NCBI GenBank assembly: GCA_963832025.1
Contig: CAWHSF010000003.1
Span: forward strand, 143,665 to 207,664
DNA length: 64,000 nt
DNA from: Candidatus Nomurabacteria bacterium
Lineage (GTDB): Bacteria > Patescibacteriota > Minisyncoccia > Phycocordibacterales > UBA9973
Reading direction: 5' to 3'
Made by a program: the position numbers and the translations under genes. Under the pieces are notes generated by a model that was not told the origin of the DNA, ran no database searches, and saw nothing but the letters and a program-made list of their open reading frames with translations. Of this stretch, positions 1 through 10,456 are shown in pieces; position 1 is the first letter of the stretch; each line of letters begins with the position of its first letter.

Positions 1-1
1 T

Positions 2-1060
2 GTCACCATTGCTTCCACTGGAAATACTTCTGCCAATCCAAATGCAAAAAGAACCGTTACGGTAAAATACGGAGTTCCGTCTTTAGCTGTTTATTCTTTT
101 CTCAGCAATGACATTATTTGGATCGGTCCTTCGGAGACAGTCAATGGAGAAATGCAATCCAACAATGGAATTCGTTTTGACGGAGTTGGTAATGCTCCAA
201 TCATGTCTGCAAAATCTACCTACACTTGTTCTTCCGGACAAGGTAGCCCTTGCCCGCATACTGAAAACGGAGTGTGGGGTAGCGCAAGTCAGGCCGTGCA
301 AAGTTTTTGGCAATACCCTGTTCCATCAGTCGATTTTTCCGCACTTACTTCAAACTTGGCTAGCTTAAAAAGCTCAGCTCAAAGTGGAGGAATTTATTTA
401 CCACCTTCAAATACAAATGGTTATTCTTTAGTCTTTAATAGTAATGGAACGGTTTCAGTTTATAAAGTTACTTCTTTAGTAAATGATCCAACGGGCTGGG
501 ATGTATACAACAATGCTCATAATGAAAATATTGATTATGCTAATAGAACTTTACAATACACAGTCGCCATACCGAGTAATGGAATCATTTATATCGAAGA
601 CAACACTTGGGTAGAGGGAGTGGTAAATGGCCGAGTGATGTTGGCAGCAGCTAGTTTACCCTATGTCCCAAGTACCGCTCCGAATATTTACATCCAAAAT
701 AATTTAACCTATCAAGCAAAAGACGGCACAGATGTTTTGGGGCTACTCGCGCAAAACAGCATCGTGGTCAGTTATGGAGCGCCTTCAAATTTAGAAATTG
801 ACGGAGCCTTGATAGCGCAAAACGGAAGTGCGGAAATGTATTATTATCCAAGTGGCGCAATAAAAAATAATATTTCTATCTACGGAGCAATCATGACTTT
901 TGGACAATGGACTTGGAATTGGGTTGATGGAAACAACAATAATGTCTCGGGTTATGCAACAACCAGTGATACCTATGACAATAATCTCTTGTATGGCCCG
1001 CCTCCCGGCTTCCCTCTTTCTTCTTCCGGATACAAACAAATAAGCTGGATTAGTAATTAA
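2..1060 (+). CDS. 3' part of a large secreted/surface protein (5' end outside window), function unknown; neighbour of type IV pilus genes
   Basis: Frame is open from the window edge (VTIASTGNTSANPNAKRTVTVKYG...) into tracked ORF 152..1060. Asn/Ser/Thr/Gly-rich, no catalytic motif recognised. Confidence 0.5.
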   Translation, partial: VTIASTGNTSANPNAKRTVTVKYGVPSLAVYSFLSNDIIWIGPSETVNGEMQSNNGIRFDGVGNAPIMSAKSTYTCSSGQGSPCPHTENGVWGSASQAVQSFWQYPVPSVDFSALTSNLASLKSSAQSGGIYLPPSNTNGYSLVFNSNGTVSVYKVTSLVNDPTGWDVYNNAHNENIDYANRTLQYTVAIPSNGIIYIEDNTWVEGVVNGRVMLAAASLPYVPSTAPNIYIQNNLTYQAKDGTDVLGLLAQNSIVVSYGAPSNLEIDGALIAQNGSAEMYYYPSGAIKNNISIYGAIMTFGQWTWNWVDGNNNNVSGYATTSDTYDNNLLYGPPPGFPLSSSGYKQISWISN

Positions 1061-1072
1061 CCAAATAAATAT

Positions 1073-1342
1073 ATGAAAGCAATATTTCCAAATGCAAAAT
1101 CATTACAACCGATGCCGAGCCCGGACGTGCACGCAAACATTTCGGGCAACATAAACAGCAATACAACTGCGACACCCGACAACGCACCCGCACAAAATAT
1201 CTCAAGCACTCAAAATAGTACTCCAAACATTACACCACCAAGCACCAGCACAACAAGTAATTTTTTTATTTTTTACTTAATCGGCATCTTGGCAATTGTA
1301 ATAATAATTGTTATTACCTATAAAAAACTCAAGAAAAAATAA
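1073..1342 (+). CDS. small low-complexity protein with C-terminal membrane anchor
   Basis: 89 aa. Thr/Ser/Pro/Asn-rich N-part, hydrophobic stretch FFIFYLIGILAIVIIIVI followed by KKLKKK. Starts 12 nt after the previous stop. Confidence 0.4.
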   Translation: MKAIFPNAKSLQPMPSPDVHANISGNINSNTTATPDNAPAQNISSTQNSTPNITPPSTSTTSNFFIFYLIGILAIVIIIVITYKKLKKK

Positions 1343-1347
1343 AGTAT

Positions 1348-2568
1348 TTAATTGATGCTACCAAGTATTGTATAGAGCGGAGAAATCATGGAAATGGCAA
1401 AAAAGCCCACGCCGGCGCCGATAATGAGCATCAACACCGGCTCGATAATCGTAGACATATTTTTGGTTTTGTTTTCTACTTCTTCTTCGTAAAATAACGC
1501 AATTTGGAGCAACATGTCGGAAAGTTTTCCTGTTTCCTCTCCAACTTGAATCATTTCAGACATCATGATGGGGTAAAGGTTTGTATTCGCTTCAAAAACT
1601 TCCGAAAACGGAGCGCCTTTTTCGATCGCGATTTTTACCTGCTGTAAAACTTTTTTATAATAAATATTTTGAACGACATCTTCGGTAATTTCCACTGCTC
1701 TGGTGATAGAAACTCCGGAAAATAAAAGGGAAGAAACGGTGCGGGCGGTACGGGCAGTATTTAATTCTCTGGTCAAGTTGCTGATAACCGGGATTCTTAA
1801 AATAATAAAATCAATATATTTAGCCATAAATTTGGCGCGAAAAAGTAAAAACATCGAAGCGCCTGCGCCAAAAATAATCAAAAAGGATAAAATTAAATTA
1901 TGAGAGAAAAAATTACCGAAAAATATTAATAGTTGGGTGGACCAAGGGAGTGTTGCGCCAAGTGATTTGAAAGTATTTGCCAAGGTTGGCACTACGAAAG
2001 CAAAAAGCAAAACACCAATTACAATCATTGCCGACATGATTATCCCAGGATAAATAAGCGCACCGGTTATTCTTTTCGTTAAAGCATGTGATTTTTCCAA
2101 ATTTACCCCGATATCGGAGAGTGAATTGGCGAGATTTCCGGATTCTTCCCCTGCCCGCACCATTGAGACAAACAGGTTTGAAAATACTTCCGGAAATTTT
2201 GCAAGAGCAGCGGAAAAAGTTTCACCTGCATTTATGTCACTGGCGATAGATGTCAAAATCACACTGAGCCTGACGTTCTTCGTCTGTTTTTTTAATACTG
2301 ACAAAGCTCTAGAAAGTGGCAGACCTGCTTTCAACATTCCGCTTAAATTTTTTGTAAGAAGAATTTGTTCTGAGACTTTTACTTTGGAAAAAATGCTTGA
2401 AGAAAAATCCGCAAATCTATCGGAAAAATTTTTTCCTTTTTCTTCAATAGTTAAAGGAGTAAAACCGCGAGACCGCAAATCACGAGAAAGCGCAAAACGG
2501 TCCGTGGCTTCCAAAACACTCTCTACGACTTCTCCTTCCTTTGATTTTGCGCTGTATGAAAAAAGCAT
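1348..2568 (-). CDS. pilC: type II secretion / type IV pilus platform protein (GspF/PilC family)
   Basis: 406 aa, duplicated T2SS-F architecture with 3 TM segments. Immediately downstream of the pilB-type ATPase. Confidence 0.85.
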   Translation of the reverse strand: MLFSYSAKSKEGEVVESVLEATDRFALSRDLRSRGFTPLTIEEKGKNFSDRFADFSSSIFSKVKVSEQILLTKNLSGMLKAGLPLSRALSVLKKQTKNVRLSVILTSIASDINAGETFSAALAKFPEVFSNLFVSMVRAGEESGNLANSLSDIGVNLEKSHALTKRITGALIYPGIIMSAMIVIGVLLFAFVVPTLANTFKSLGATLPWSTQLLIFFGNFFSHNLILSFLIIFGAGASMFLLFRAKFMAKYIDFIILRIPVISNLTRELNTARTARTVSSLLFSGVSITRAVEITEDVVQNIYYKKVLQQVKIAIEKGAPFSEVFEANTNLYPIMMSEMIQVGEETGKLSDMLLQIALFYEEEVENKTKNMSTIIEPVLMLIIGAGVGFFAISMISPLYTILGSIN

Positions 2569-2686
2569 CCCGTTAGAAGCAGATCGCGATCAATTCACGT
2601 ACCTGATATTTTATATTATTAATTTTTTTAAAACTTAATTTCATTTTTTTGTTTCTATTTCAATTTGCGATGGGCTTCTAATGGGA

Positions 2687-4447
2687 TTACTCCGAAACTA
2701 CTCTAAATATTTCTTCCAAGGAAATCAAACCCAGAACTGCTTGAAATACCCCATCTTCCAACATCGTCATCATTCCTTCTTTTTTTGCTTGAATCTCTAT
2801 GTCGTCTTGTGAACTACTTTTTAAAATCATTTCTCGAATTGTTTGGGACACGGTCAAGACTTCGTGAATTCCAACTCGACCAGAATAACCATCTTCGGAT
2901 TCTGCAGATTTTACAGGTTTATAAAAAGGGATTTTTTCCCAAGTATCTTTTTCCCCTACAATTTTTTCTATTTTAAGAAAACTAAGAGCTCTATCCAGGT
3001 CAACAATTTTTGCTAAATTTTCTATTTCCGTCGGTGATAAAAAGTATTTTTCTTTACTGGAAGTAAGTCTACGTACCAATCTTTGCGCAATGATTGTCTT
3101 GACGGTGGCAGTTATTAAAAATGGCTCAACCCCCATATCTATAAGCCTGGGAATGGCTCCAGCAGCGGAGTTGGTATGGATGGTTGAAAGTACCAAGTGT
3201 CCGGTGAGCGAAGCGTTGATTGCCAGCGAAGCAGTTTCCCCGTCACGAATCTCTCCCACCATTATCACATCCGGGTCTTGACGTAAAAGTGAGCGAAGGC
3301 CGTTAGCGAAAGATAATCCAATTTCGGGTTTGACTTGAGTTTGGTTTACTCTCGGCATTTGATATTCAACCGGATCTTCCACGGTGGAAATATTTACTTC
3401 AGGTCTATTGAGAATATCCAACATTGTATAAAGAGTGGTCGTTTTTCCGCTTCCAGTCGGACCAGTCGCGAGGACCATGCCTGTTTTTAATTTTAGAGAG
3501 CTATGTATTCTTTCCAATCCTTCTCCATGAAAACCAAGAATTTCCAAAGAAAAACCGTGAGAATTTTCTTTCAAGACTCGAATAACTGTTTTTTCACCAA
3601 AGAAAGTCGGCAAAGTGGAAACACGAAAAGAAATCTTTTCTCCATTTTGTTCTATTTTAAATCTACCGTCTTGTGGTAGTCTTTTTTCATCCAGTTTTAG
3701 ATTGGACAAAACTTTAATGCGAGCCGTAATTCCGGCACAAGCATTTTTATCCAAAACCATCGCATCGTGTAAAATACCATCGATGCGATAACGCACAGTG
3801 AGTTCATTTTCTCCAGGTTCAATGTGAATATCGGATGCATTTTGTAGGATTGCATGAAAAATCAAAGAGTCTACAATTTTTACCACCGGCAAATCCTCCG
3901 CCATTTCTTTCAATTCGGATTCTGATTTTTCGCCATTTTTTTCCCCGTCTTCGGATGCGGAAACTTTAAGTGAGCTTGATTCCTTTTCGATAATATCTTT
4001 AAATTCCGCTTTTAAACTTTGACGATACTGGACCAGCACAAACTTCATCGAAGCAGTATCAGTAAGTCTGGGAAGTATTTTTAACCCTGAACGCTTTTTT
4101 ATAAAATCAATAACCGGTAAATCATCAACATCCAGCATGGCGACTTCTAAGGTATCTGCGTTTTTTTTGTAAGCAACGATATTGTAATTTCGCGCAATCG
4201 GTTCCGGAATGAGAGAAAGAACAGGGAAATCTATTTTCTGATTGATTAAACTTATAAAAGGTATGCCCAACACCGAAGCTTCTGTCTTTTTCAAGTCTGC
4301 TTCGGAAATTTTTCCATCGGAAAGCAAAATATTGCTGACTTTTTGTTTTTTTGCTTCAGCTTTTTTGACCGCATCTTCAAAATCTGTCTTGGAAATAATT
4401 CCGCTTTTTAAAATAAATTTCTTTAACTGTTCTTCATCGATTTGCAT
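2687..4447 (-). CDS. pilB: type IV pilus assembly ATPase (GspE/PilB family)
   Basis: Walker A GPTGSGKTTT, Walker B DPDVIMVGEIRD, His box TGHLVLSTIHTN, N-terminal T2SSE_N-like domain. Confidence 0.9.
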   Translation of the reverse strand: MQIDEEQLKKFILKSGIISKTDFEDAVKKAEAKKQKVSNILLSDGKISEADLKKTEASVLGIPFISLINQKIDFPVLSLIPEPIARNYNIVAYKKNADTLEVAMLDVDDLPVIDFIKKRSGLKILPRLTDTASMKFVLVQYRQSLKAEFKDIIEKESSSLKVSASEDGEKNGEKSESELKEMAEDLPVVKIVDSLIFHAILQNASDIHIEPGENELTVRYRIDGILHDAMVLDKNACAGITARIKVLSNLKLDEKRLPQDGRFKIEQNGEKISFRVSTLPTFFGEKTVIRVLKENSHGFSLEILGFHGEGLERIHSSLKLKTGMVLATGPTGSGKTTTLYTMLDILNRPEVNISTVEDPVEYQMPRVNQTQVKPEIGLSFANGLRSLLRQDPDVIMVGEIRDGETASLAINASLTGHLVLSTIHTNSAAGAIPRLIDMGVEPFLITATVKTIIAQRLVRRLTSSKEKYFLSPTEIENLAKIVDLDRALSFLKIEKIVGEKDTWEKIPFYKPVKSAESEDGYSGRVGIHEVLTVSQTIREMILKSSSQDDIEIQAKKEGMMTMLEDGVFQAVLGLISLEEIFRVVSE

Positions 4448-4460
4448 TAAATATAGTATA

Positions 4461-4490
4461 GCAAAAATTCCCCTGCGGGGGAATTTTTGC
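4461..4490 (-). terminator. 13-bp stem hairpin between the giant surface gene and pilB
   Basis: gcaaaaattcccc tgcg ggggaatttttgc. On the minus strand it is followed by TATACT (4455-4460) 7 nt before the pilB ATG. Confidence 0.5.
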
Positions 4491-4506
4491 TAATTATTTT
4501 TCTTTT

Positions 4507-7500
4507 CTACTGCTCTATATACGTAGGTTTCATCTTGAATATAGAACACGAAGCAGTTGAGCCACTTGGCACACTGTCACAAATCCAAGTCCATTGTGAA
4601 GAGGTACTACTCTCACTAGAAGCATCTAATGTTCCTTGAGTACAAGTATTAATGGTTGTAGTAGAGCAAGAAACACTTCCTCCAGAAGGAGCTGCGTCTT
4701 GGCTAGCTGAACATATGCTGTCTGTGCCACTAGTTACGTGTAAACATTCCCAGTTTGCAGTTCCCCCTGGTGCTGGGAAAGAAATAACTGAAGGACTTTG
4801 GGTTCCTGACTCACAGAAAGTGTCAGAACCATAGCCCGGCCAATTGTAAGGGTAAGTTGTATTGTCTGCTGAACCACAAACTCCGTTAATAGAAGTTGCA
4901 GTAACACAAGTGCTACCATTCCAACTTGTGCCCGAAGTACAAGTGGCAGTCGATAAACTTGTCGCCAGTGATACAGCATTGTTATAAAGATAGAATGTCC
5001 TACCAGCATATGGAACAGCTAAGCCGTTTGCTGTGCCTGATTGAAAACTAGGACTGATTGTATTGGTTACATTTACGTTGGTCATTCCTGTCGCCGTAAT
5101 CGCAGTCGGAGTTCCGATTGGGTTAGTTATACTCCAGTTTAAGTTTACCGTACAAGTACTTGCTCCGGATAAAATGATACAGGAGGTGATGGGTGGAGTG
5201 AGGGTGCCGGACATTCCGACATTCCATTCGGAGAAGAAGAGCAAATACTTCCATTCCAACTTGTTCCCGAAGTACAAGTGGCTGTAGCTGAACTTGTAGC
5301 CAGTGATAGTGCATCATTGTAAAGATAGAATGTCCTACCTAGATATGGCACAACTAAACCGTTTGCTGTGCCTGATTGAAAACTAGGACTGATTGTATTG
5401 GTTACATTTACGTTGGTCATTCCTACTGCTGCAATCGCAGTCGGAGTTCCGATTGGGTTAGTTATACTCCAATTTAAGTTTACCGTGCAAGTACTTGCTC
5501 CGGATAGAATGATACAGGAGGAGGTGGGTGGAGTGAGGGTGCCGGTCATTACTAACTGACTAAACGTCGCGGTAACTGCTTTAGCTGCAGTCATGGTAAG
5601 AGAACATGTGCCTGTTCCGGTGCAAGCTCCAGTCCATCCGGTGAAGGTTGAGCCAGTGGTTGGGGTGGCGGTCAAAACTACTGCTGTGTTGTAGTTGTAA
5701 CTTTGAGAACAGTCAGCACCGCAACTGATACCGGCAGGACTACTGGTGACTGTTCCGGTGCCGGTGCCGGCAGGAGTGACAGTGAGAGCTTCTTGATTTG
5801 GAGAGCAGATAGTTCCGTTCCAAGTTGTGTTGGCGGCACAAGTTGCTGTAGCAACGCTGCTGTCGAGTTGAATAGCATCGTTGTAAAGATAGAATGTTCT
5901 ACCAGGATATGGCACAACTAAACCGGTTGCTGTGCCTGATTGAGGACTAGTTAAAGTTGTTGTTACATTTACGTTGGTCATTCCTGTCGCCGTAATCGCA
6001 GTCGGAGTTCCGATTGGGTTAGTTATACTCCAATTTAAGTTTACCGTACAAGTACTTGCTCCGGATAAGATCGTGCAAGAAATAGTCGCTGGAGTGAGCG
6101 TGCCGGTCATTTGAGTGAAGTTTGCAATCACCGTACAGTTGGCGGTAATTGCTCCGGTGGTATAAGTACTTCCAGACAATGTACCTCCACAAGTGCCGGT
6201 AGTTGTACCGATGGAGTAACCGGTACTGGGGGTGAGGGTGAAAGCTTTGTTGGAATCGTAATTAACTACTTGCACGTTACTTGGAGAGATGGTTCCACTA
6301 CCGGTTCCGACAGAGGGGGTGACGTTGTAGGTGTTGATTGTGAAGTTTGCAATCACCGTACAGTTGGCGGTAATTGCTCCCGTGGTGTAAGTACTTCCAG
6401 ATAGTGTACCTGCAGGACAAGTACCGGTAGTTGTACCGATGGAGTAACCGGTGCTTGCGGTGAGGGTGAAAGCTTTGGTGGAACCGTAATTAACTACTTG
6501 TGCGTTATTTGGAGAAATTGTTCCTCCGGTTCCGGCAGAAGGAGTGACGTTGTAGGTGTTGATTGTGAAGTTTGCAATCACCGTACAGTTGGCGGTAATT
6601 GCTCCCGTGGTGTAAGTACTTCCAGATAGTGTACCTGCAGGACAAGTACCGGTAGTTGTACCGATGGAGTAACCGGTGCTTGCGGTGAGGGTGAAAGCTT
6701 TGGTGGAACCGTAATTAACTACTTGTGCGTTATTTGGAGAAATTGTTCCCTCCGGTTCCGGCAGAAGGGGTGACGGTGTAGGTGTTGATTGTGAAGTTTG
6801 CAATCACCGTACAGTTGGCGGTAATTGCTCCCGTGGTGTAAGTACTTCCAGATAGTGTACCTGCAGGACAAGTACCGGTAGTTGTACCGATGGAGTAACC
6901 GGTACTTGCGGTGAGGGTGAAAGCTTTGGTGGAACCGTAATTAACTACTTGTGCGTTATTTGGAGAAATTGTTCCTCCGGTTCCGGCAGAGGGGGTGACG
7001 TTGTAGGTGTTGATTGTGAAGTTTGCAATCACCGTACAGTTGGCGGTAATTGCTCCCGTGGTGTAAGTACTTCCAGATAGTGTACCTGCAGGACAAGTAC
7101 CGGTAGTTGTACCGATGGAGTAACCGGTACTTGGGGTGAGGGTGAAAGCTTTGGTGGAACCGTAATTAACTACTTGTGCGTTATTTGGAGAAATTGTTCC
7201 TCCGGTTCCGGCAGAAGGAGTGACGGTGTAGGTGTTTAGCGTAAACGTCGCGGTAACTGCTTTAGCTGCAGTCATGGTAAGAGAACATGTGCCTGTTCCG
7301 GTGCAAGCTCCAGTCCATCCGGTGAAGGTTGAGCCAGTGGTTGGGGTGGCGGTCAAAACTACTGCTGTGTTGTAGTTGTAACTTTGAGAACAGTCAGCAC
7401 CGCAACTGATACCGGCAGGACTACTGGTGACTGTTCCGGTGCCGGTGCCGGCAGGAGTGACAGTGAGAGCTTCTTGATTTGGAGAGCAGATAGTTCCGTT

Positions 7501-8985
7501 CCAAGTTGTGTTGGCGGCGCAGGTACAATTAACAGTTAGGCCAGAACCGTTGGGAGAAGTCGGAACAAGCGATTTGGCATTATTGTAAAGATAGAAAGTT
7601 TTACCAGCATATGGGACAGTCGTTGGCACACTAGTTCCAGAATCTCCCAAAAAGACGTTTACACCAGAACTAGTTATAGCAGAACCATTTGGAACTTCTG
7701 GATTTGTAACATTCCAAGTTAAATTTACAGTACCACTACCAGAATTAGCTGGAACAGTACAAGCCGTAGCACTCATCGTACCCGACATAGTACCAACAAT
7801 AATAGTAAATGGTATTTGTGGGCCAAAAGCAGTGCTTCCATTAAACATCTGCCATATTTCTGTGTATGTCTTAGCGGCAGATGGAGCAGTTAAAGAACTT
7901 AAGGAAAAAGTTGTTGTTGCGTTAGAAGCAACATCGGCGCTACCACTAGTAGATTCTGTATATACTGCACTACAGTTGGTATTGCTGTTCCACGTTCCAC
8001 CACATCCAGCCTGACAGACATTGGAACTTGTCCCGCAACCTACGCTTCCATTAACAGTACATGAATTTGCGAGACCATTCCAGCTTCCGCCACACATTCC
8101 ACAATTACTAGCGTTAGCACTACAGTTAAAAGAACCACTAGAAGAACACGAACCCAAACACGATTGAGAGTTATATTTACACGTCTGAGTGGTTGTCTGA
8201 CTATATGGTATGGGATTCGGACTAGAACTAAAGCCTCCAGTAATATCTTTCAGTTTGATTGTGCTTGAATAATTTGTGATCGTGGCTGTACATGTGTCTC
8301 CTAAAGTTGTAGGACAAGAATAGAGACCATCAGTTGCTCCACAGTCTGATGATTTAGAAATCGATTTTTGGTCTGACACCCAATTAGGAGTTGCGCCAGT
8401 GCTGGTATTTTTGATAGTAAATATGTAAGGCCCACTTACTTGGCTTGTGTTCATCTGAGTCGGCATACTCGGAGAAAGTGGAGATACAAAAGAATCATTT
8501 AAGGTAGTTGATGGAGAGCCAAAAGATGCAGTACCGTCTGAAAGATAAGTAACAGAACCCCAAGGCGCATAACCTGGATATGGATTAGAATTTAAAGTAA
8601 AAGAATATGTTCCCTGCTCAGGATGATCACTTGTGCCACAATTATTATAACTTGAATTATAAGCCGTTTGTGTAATGGTAATATTACTAGAAGGAATACT
8701 TCCAGATACTCCATCAATTGTATATGAAAGATAACCACCCGACTCGAAGATGTCTAGTGGAGGACTTAATCCGAGTGTATTATCACATGTGACAGTTTGA
8801 ACGTTATAGCCACTTGAGAAAGTTCCAGAAATGGTAATACTGCTACTAGTAGAACTGGCACCCACGGTGACATTGGAAGTACAGCCACTGCCAGTGCATG
8901 ATGCTTTTGTCGTGGAAACATTAAAGAGAGCAAATAGAGCAATAACTGCTATAAGCAAACCAGAAACAAAAATTTTCTTTTTCAT
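4507..8985 (-). CDS. giant repeat-rich secreted surface protein (adhesin-like, InlB-B-repeat-like modules); reading frame interrupted twice
   Basis: Signal peptide MKKKIFVSGLLIAVIALFALF. Three tracked ORFs (6730..9021, 5145..6803, 4507..5277) join at protein-repeat level. They are broken by an extra C at 6748-6750 and an 8-bp tandem duplication at 5210-5225. The first and third ORFs share a frame (9021-5277=3744). Confidence 0.75.
5210..5225. repeat. perfect 8-bp tandem duplication (gacattcc x2) causing a frameshift in the surface protein gene
   Basis: Read directly. Deleting one unit restores ...CSSSPNGMSGTLTPPITSC..., which matches the other module junctions. Confidence 0.85.
5561..5837. 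repeat. 277-bp direct repeat, copy 1 (partner at 7242-7518)
   Basis: taaacgtcgcggtaactgctttagctgcagtcatgg...ccaagttgtgttggcggc appears identical by eye in both places. Confidence 0.85.
6115..7240. repeat. tandem array, 5 x 225 bp (75-aa module FTINTYxVTPSAGTGGTISPNNAQVVNYGSTKAFTL...CTVIAN)
   Basis: The marker gtgaagtttgcaatcaccg recurs at 6115, 6340, 6565, 6791 and 7016. The single 226-bp period contains the extra C. Confidence 0.9.
7242..7518. repeat. 277-bp direct repeat, copy 2
   Basis: See the partner at 5561-5837. Encodes the same ...EALTVTPAGTGTGTVTSSPAGISCGADC... module. Confidence 0.85.
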
Positions 8986-9139
8986 ATTTATTTTTTGATT
9001 AGTAAAAAAGATTAACTCCAATAATTATAATATATATAACAACTTAAGTAAAATATTTTGGTGTGTATAACCCATCTATGAACTTTTTTGAGCACCTTGT
9101 CTTGAAATAATTTTTATGATAGACTGCTTTATGTATGGA

Positions 9140-9164
9140 GTCCTGTCAAAACAGGGCTTTTTTT
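9140..9164 (+). terminator. intrinsic terminator-like hairpin plus T7 run in the nusA leader
   Basis: gtcctgt caaa acagggc followed by ttttttt, ending 27 nt before the nusA ATG. No upstream plus-strand gene. Confidence 0.45.
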
Positions 9165-9190
9165 AATAAAAAACTTAATACAATAATTAT

Positions 9191-10408
9191 ATGTTGGACC
9201 TAAAAACATTTAAATCGGCCTTAGAGCAGTTAGAGGAAGAAAGGAAAATTCCAAAAGAAAAAATATTGGAAGCCATTGAGCAAGCGATGGCTGCAGCTTA
9301 TAAAAAAGATTACGGCAAGAAGGGGCAAATCATCCGCGCCAAGTTTGACCTGGACACAGGCAAAACAGATTTTTTTCAAGTCAAAATCGTGGTTGATGAA
9401 ACTATCGCTATTTTGGATCACGAAAATTCTCTCGGCCATAGCCAAATAGGCGAAACACAAAAAAAACACGAAGAAGAATATTCTGTAAAAGATGCGGGAG
9501 ATGAACGCGTACATTTTAATGCCGAACATCACATTCTGCTCGAAGACGCAAAAAAAATAAAAAAAGGGGTAGAACTCAATGATGAAATTATTTTTCCGTT
9601 GGAACAAAAAGATGATTACGGACGTATCGCTGCGCAAACTGCCAAGCAAGTCATCATTCAAAAAATCCGCGAAGCAGAACGCACTTCCATTATCGATGAA
9701 TATGGCACCAAAGAAGGTGAGATTATTTCCGGTGTCGTGCAAAAAGTTGAACGAGGAAATGTTTATGTCGATTTCAACCGAGCGACAGGTATTTTGCCGG
9801 CCGAAGAACAAATTCCCGGAGAATACTGGCAACGTGGTCAACGCATTAGAGCTTACCTATATAGCGTAGAAGATACACCGCGTGGCATAAATTTGCGCCT
9901 TTCTCGCACCCATCCGAAATTTATAGAACGTCTTTTTGCCATGGAAGCTCCAGAAATAGAAAATGGAGTCGTGGAAATAAAAGGAGTAGCCCGCGAAGCC
10001 GGAGCACGTTCAAAAATTTCAGTTTACTCCAGCGATGAGCATATTGATGCTGTCGGTTCTTGTGTCGGGCAAAAAGGCACCCGAGTAAATACTATCACCG
10101 GAGAACTGTCCGGAGAAAAAATTGATATCATCCCGTGGTCGGCAGATGCCAAACAATTTGTCGCAAGCGCTCTTTCTCCAGCCAAAGTTATTTCCATTGA
10201 AATGGATGAAGGCGAACACAAAGCAATAGTAGAAGTAGGAAACGACCAGCTTTCACTAGCCATCGGCAAGGGTGGACAAAATGTGCGCTTGGCGGCTAAA
10301 CTAACCGGATGGAGAATAGATATAAAAGGCGACGGAAAAGAAATGGCCACAACCAATGGAGATAAAGTAGAAGTGAAACCTGCCCACGCAGGTGAGAAAG
10401 AAGAATAA
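9191..10408 (+). CDS. nusA: transcription termination/antitermination factor NusA
   Basis: N-terminal domain, S1 and two KH regions (GxxGQNVRLAAKLTGW). Confidence 0.9.
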   Translation: MLDLKTFKSALEQLEEERKIPKEKILEAIEQAMAAAYKKDYGKKGQIIRAKFDLDTGKTDFFQVKIVVDETIAILDHENSLGHSQIGETQKKHEEEYSVKDAGDERVHFNAEHHILLEDAKKIKKGVELNDEIIFPLEQKDDYGRIAAQTAKQVIIQKIREAERTSIIDEYGTKEGEIISGVVQKVERGNVYVDFNRATGILPAEEQIPGEYWQRGQRIRAYLYSVEDTPRGINLRLSRTHPKFIERLFAMEAPEIENGVVEIKGVAREAGARSKISVYSSDEHIDAVGSCVGQKGTRVNTITGELSGEKIDIIPWSADAKQFVASALSPAKVISIEMDEGEHKAIVEVGNDQLSLAIGKGGQNVRLAAKLTGWRIDIKGDGKEMATTNGDKVEVKPAHAGEKEE

Positions 10409-10456
10409 AAAATTATTATTAAGTAATTTGTCCTGCCTTAGCGGGAAATAAAAAAT

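Noticed and set aside
4507-9021. Diversity-generating retroelement or other template/variable-repeat system in the repeat-rich surface gene
   Set aside because: No reverse transcriptase is present in the window. The repeats differ by ordinary substitutions rather than adenine-specific changes.
9230-9841. Long antisense or overlapping ORFs in the six-frame track (for example 9230..9841, 22292..22705, 36081..36545, 17195..17722, 58048..58644, 60822..61343, 24326..24697)
   Set aside because: They lie opposite well-supported conserved genes, have low-complexity or biased composition and no motifs. They are shadow ORFs.
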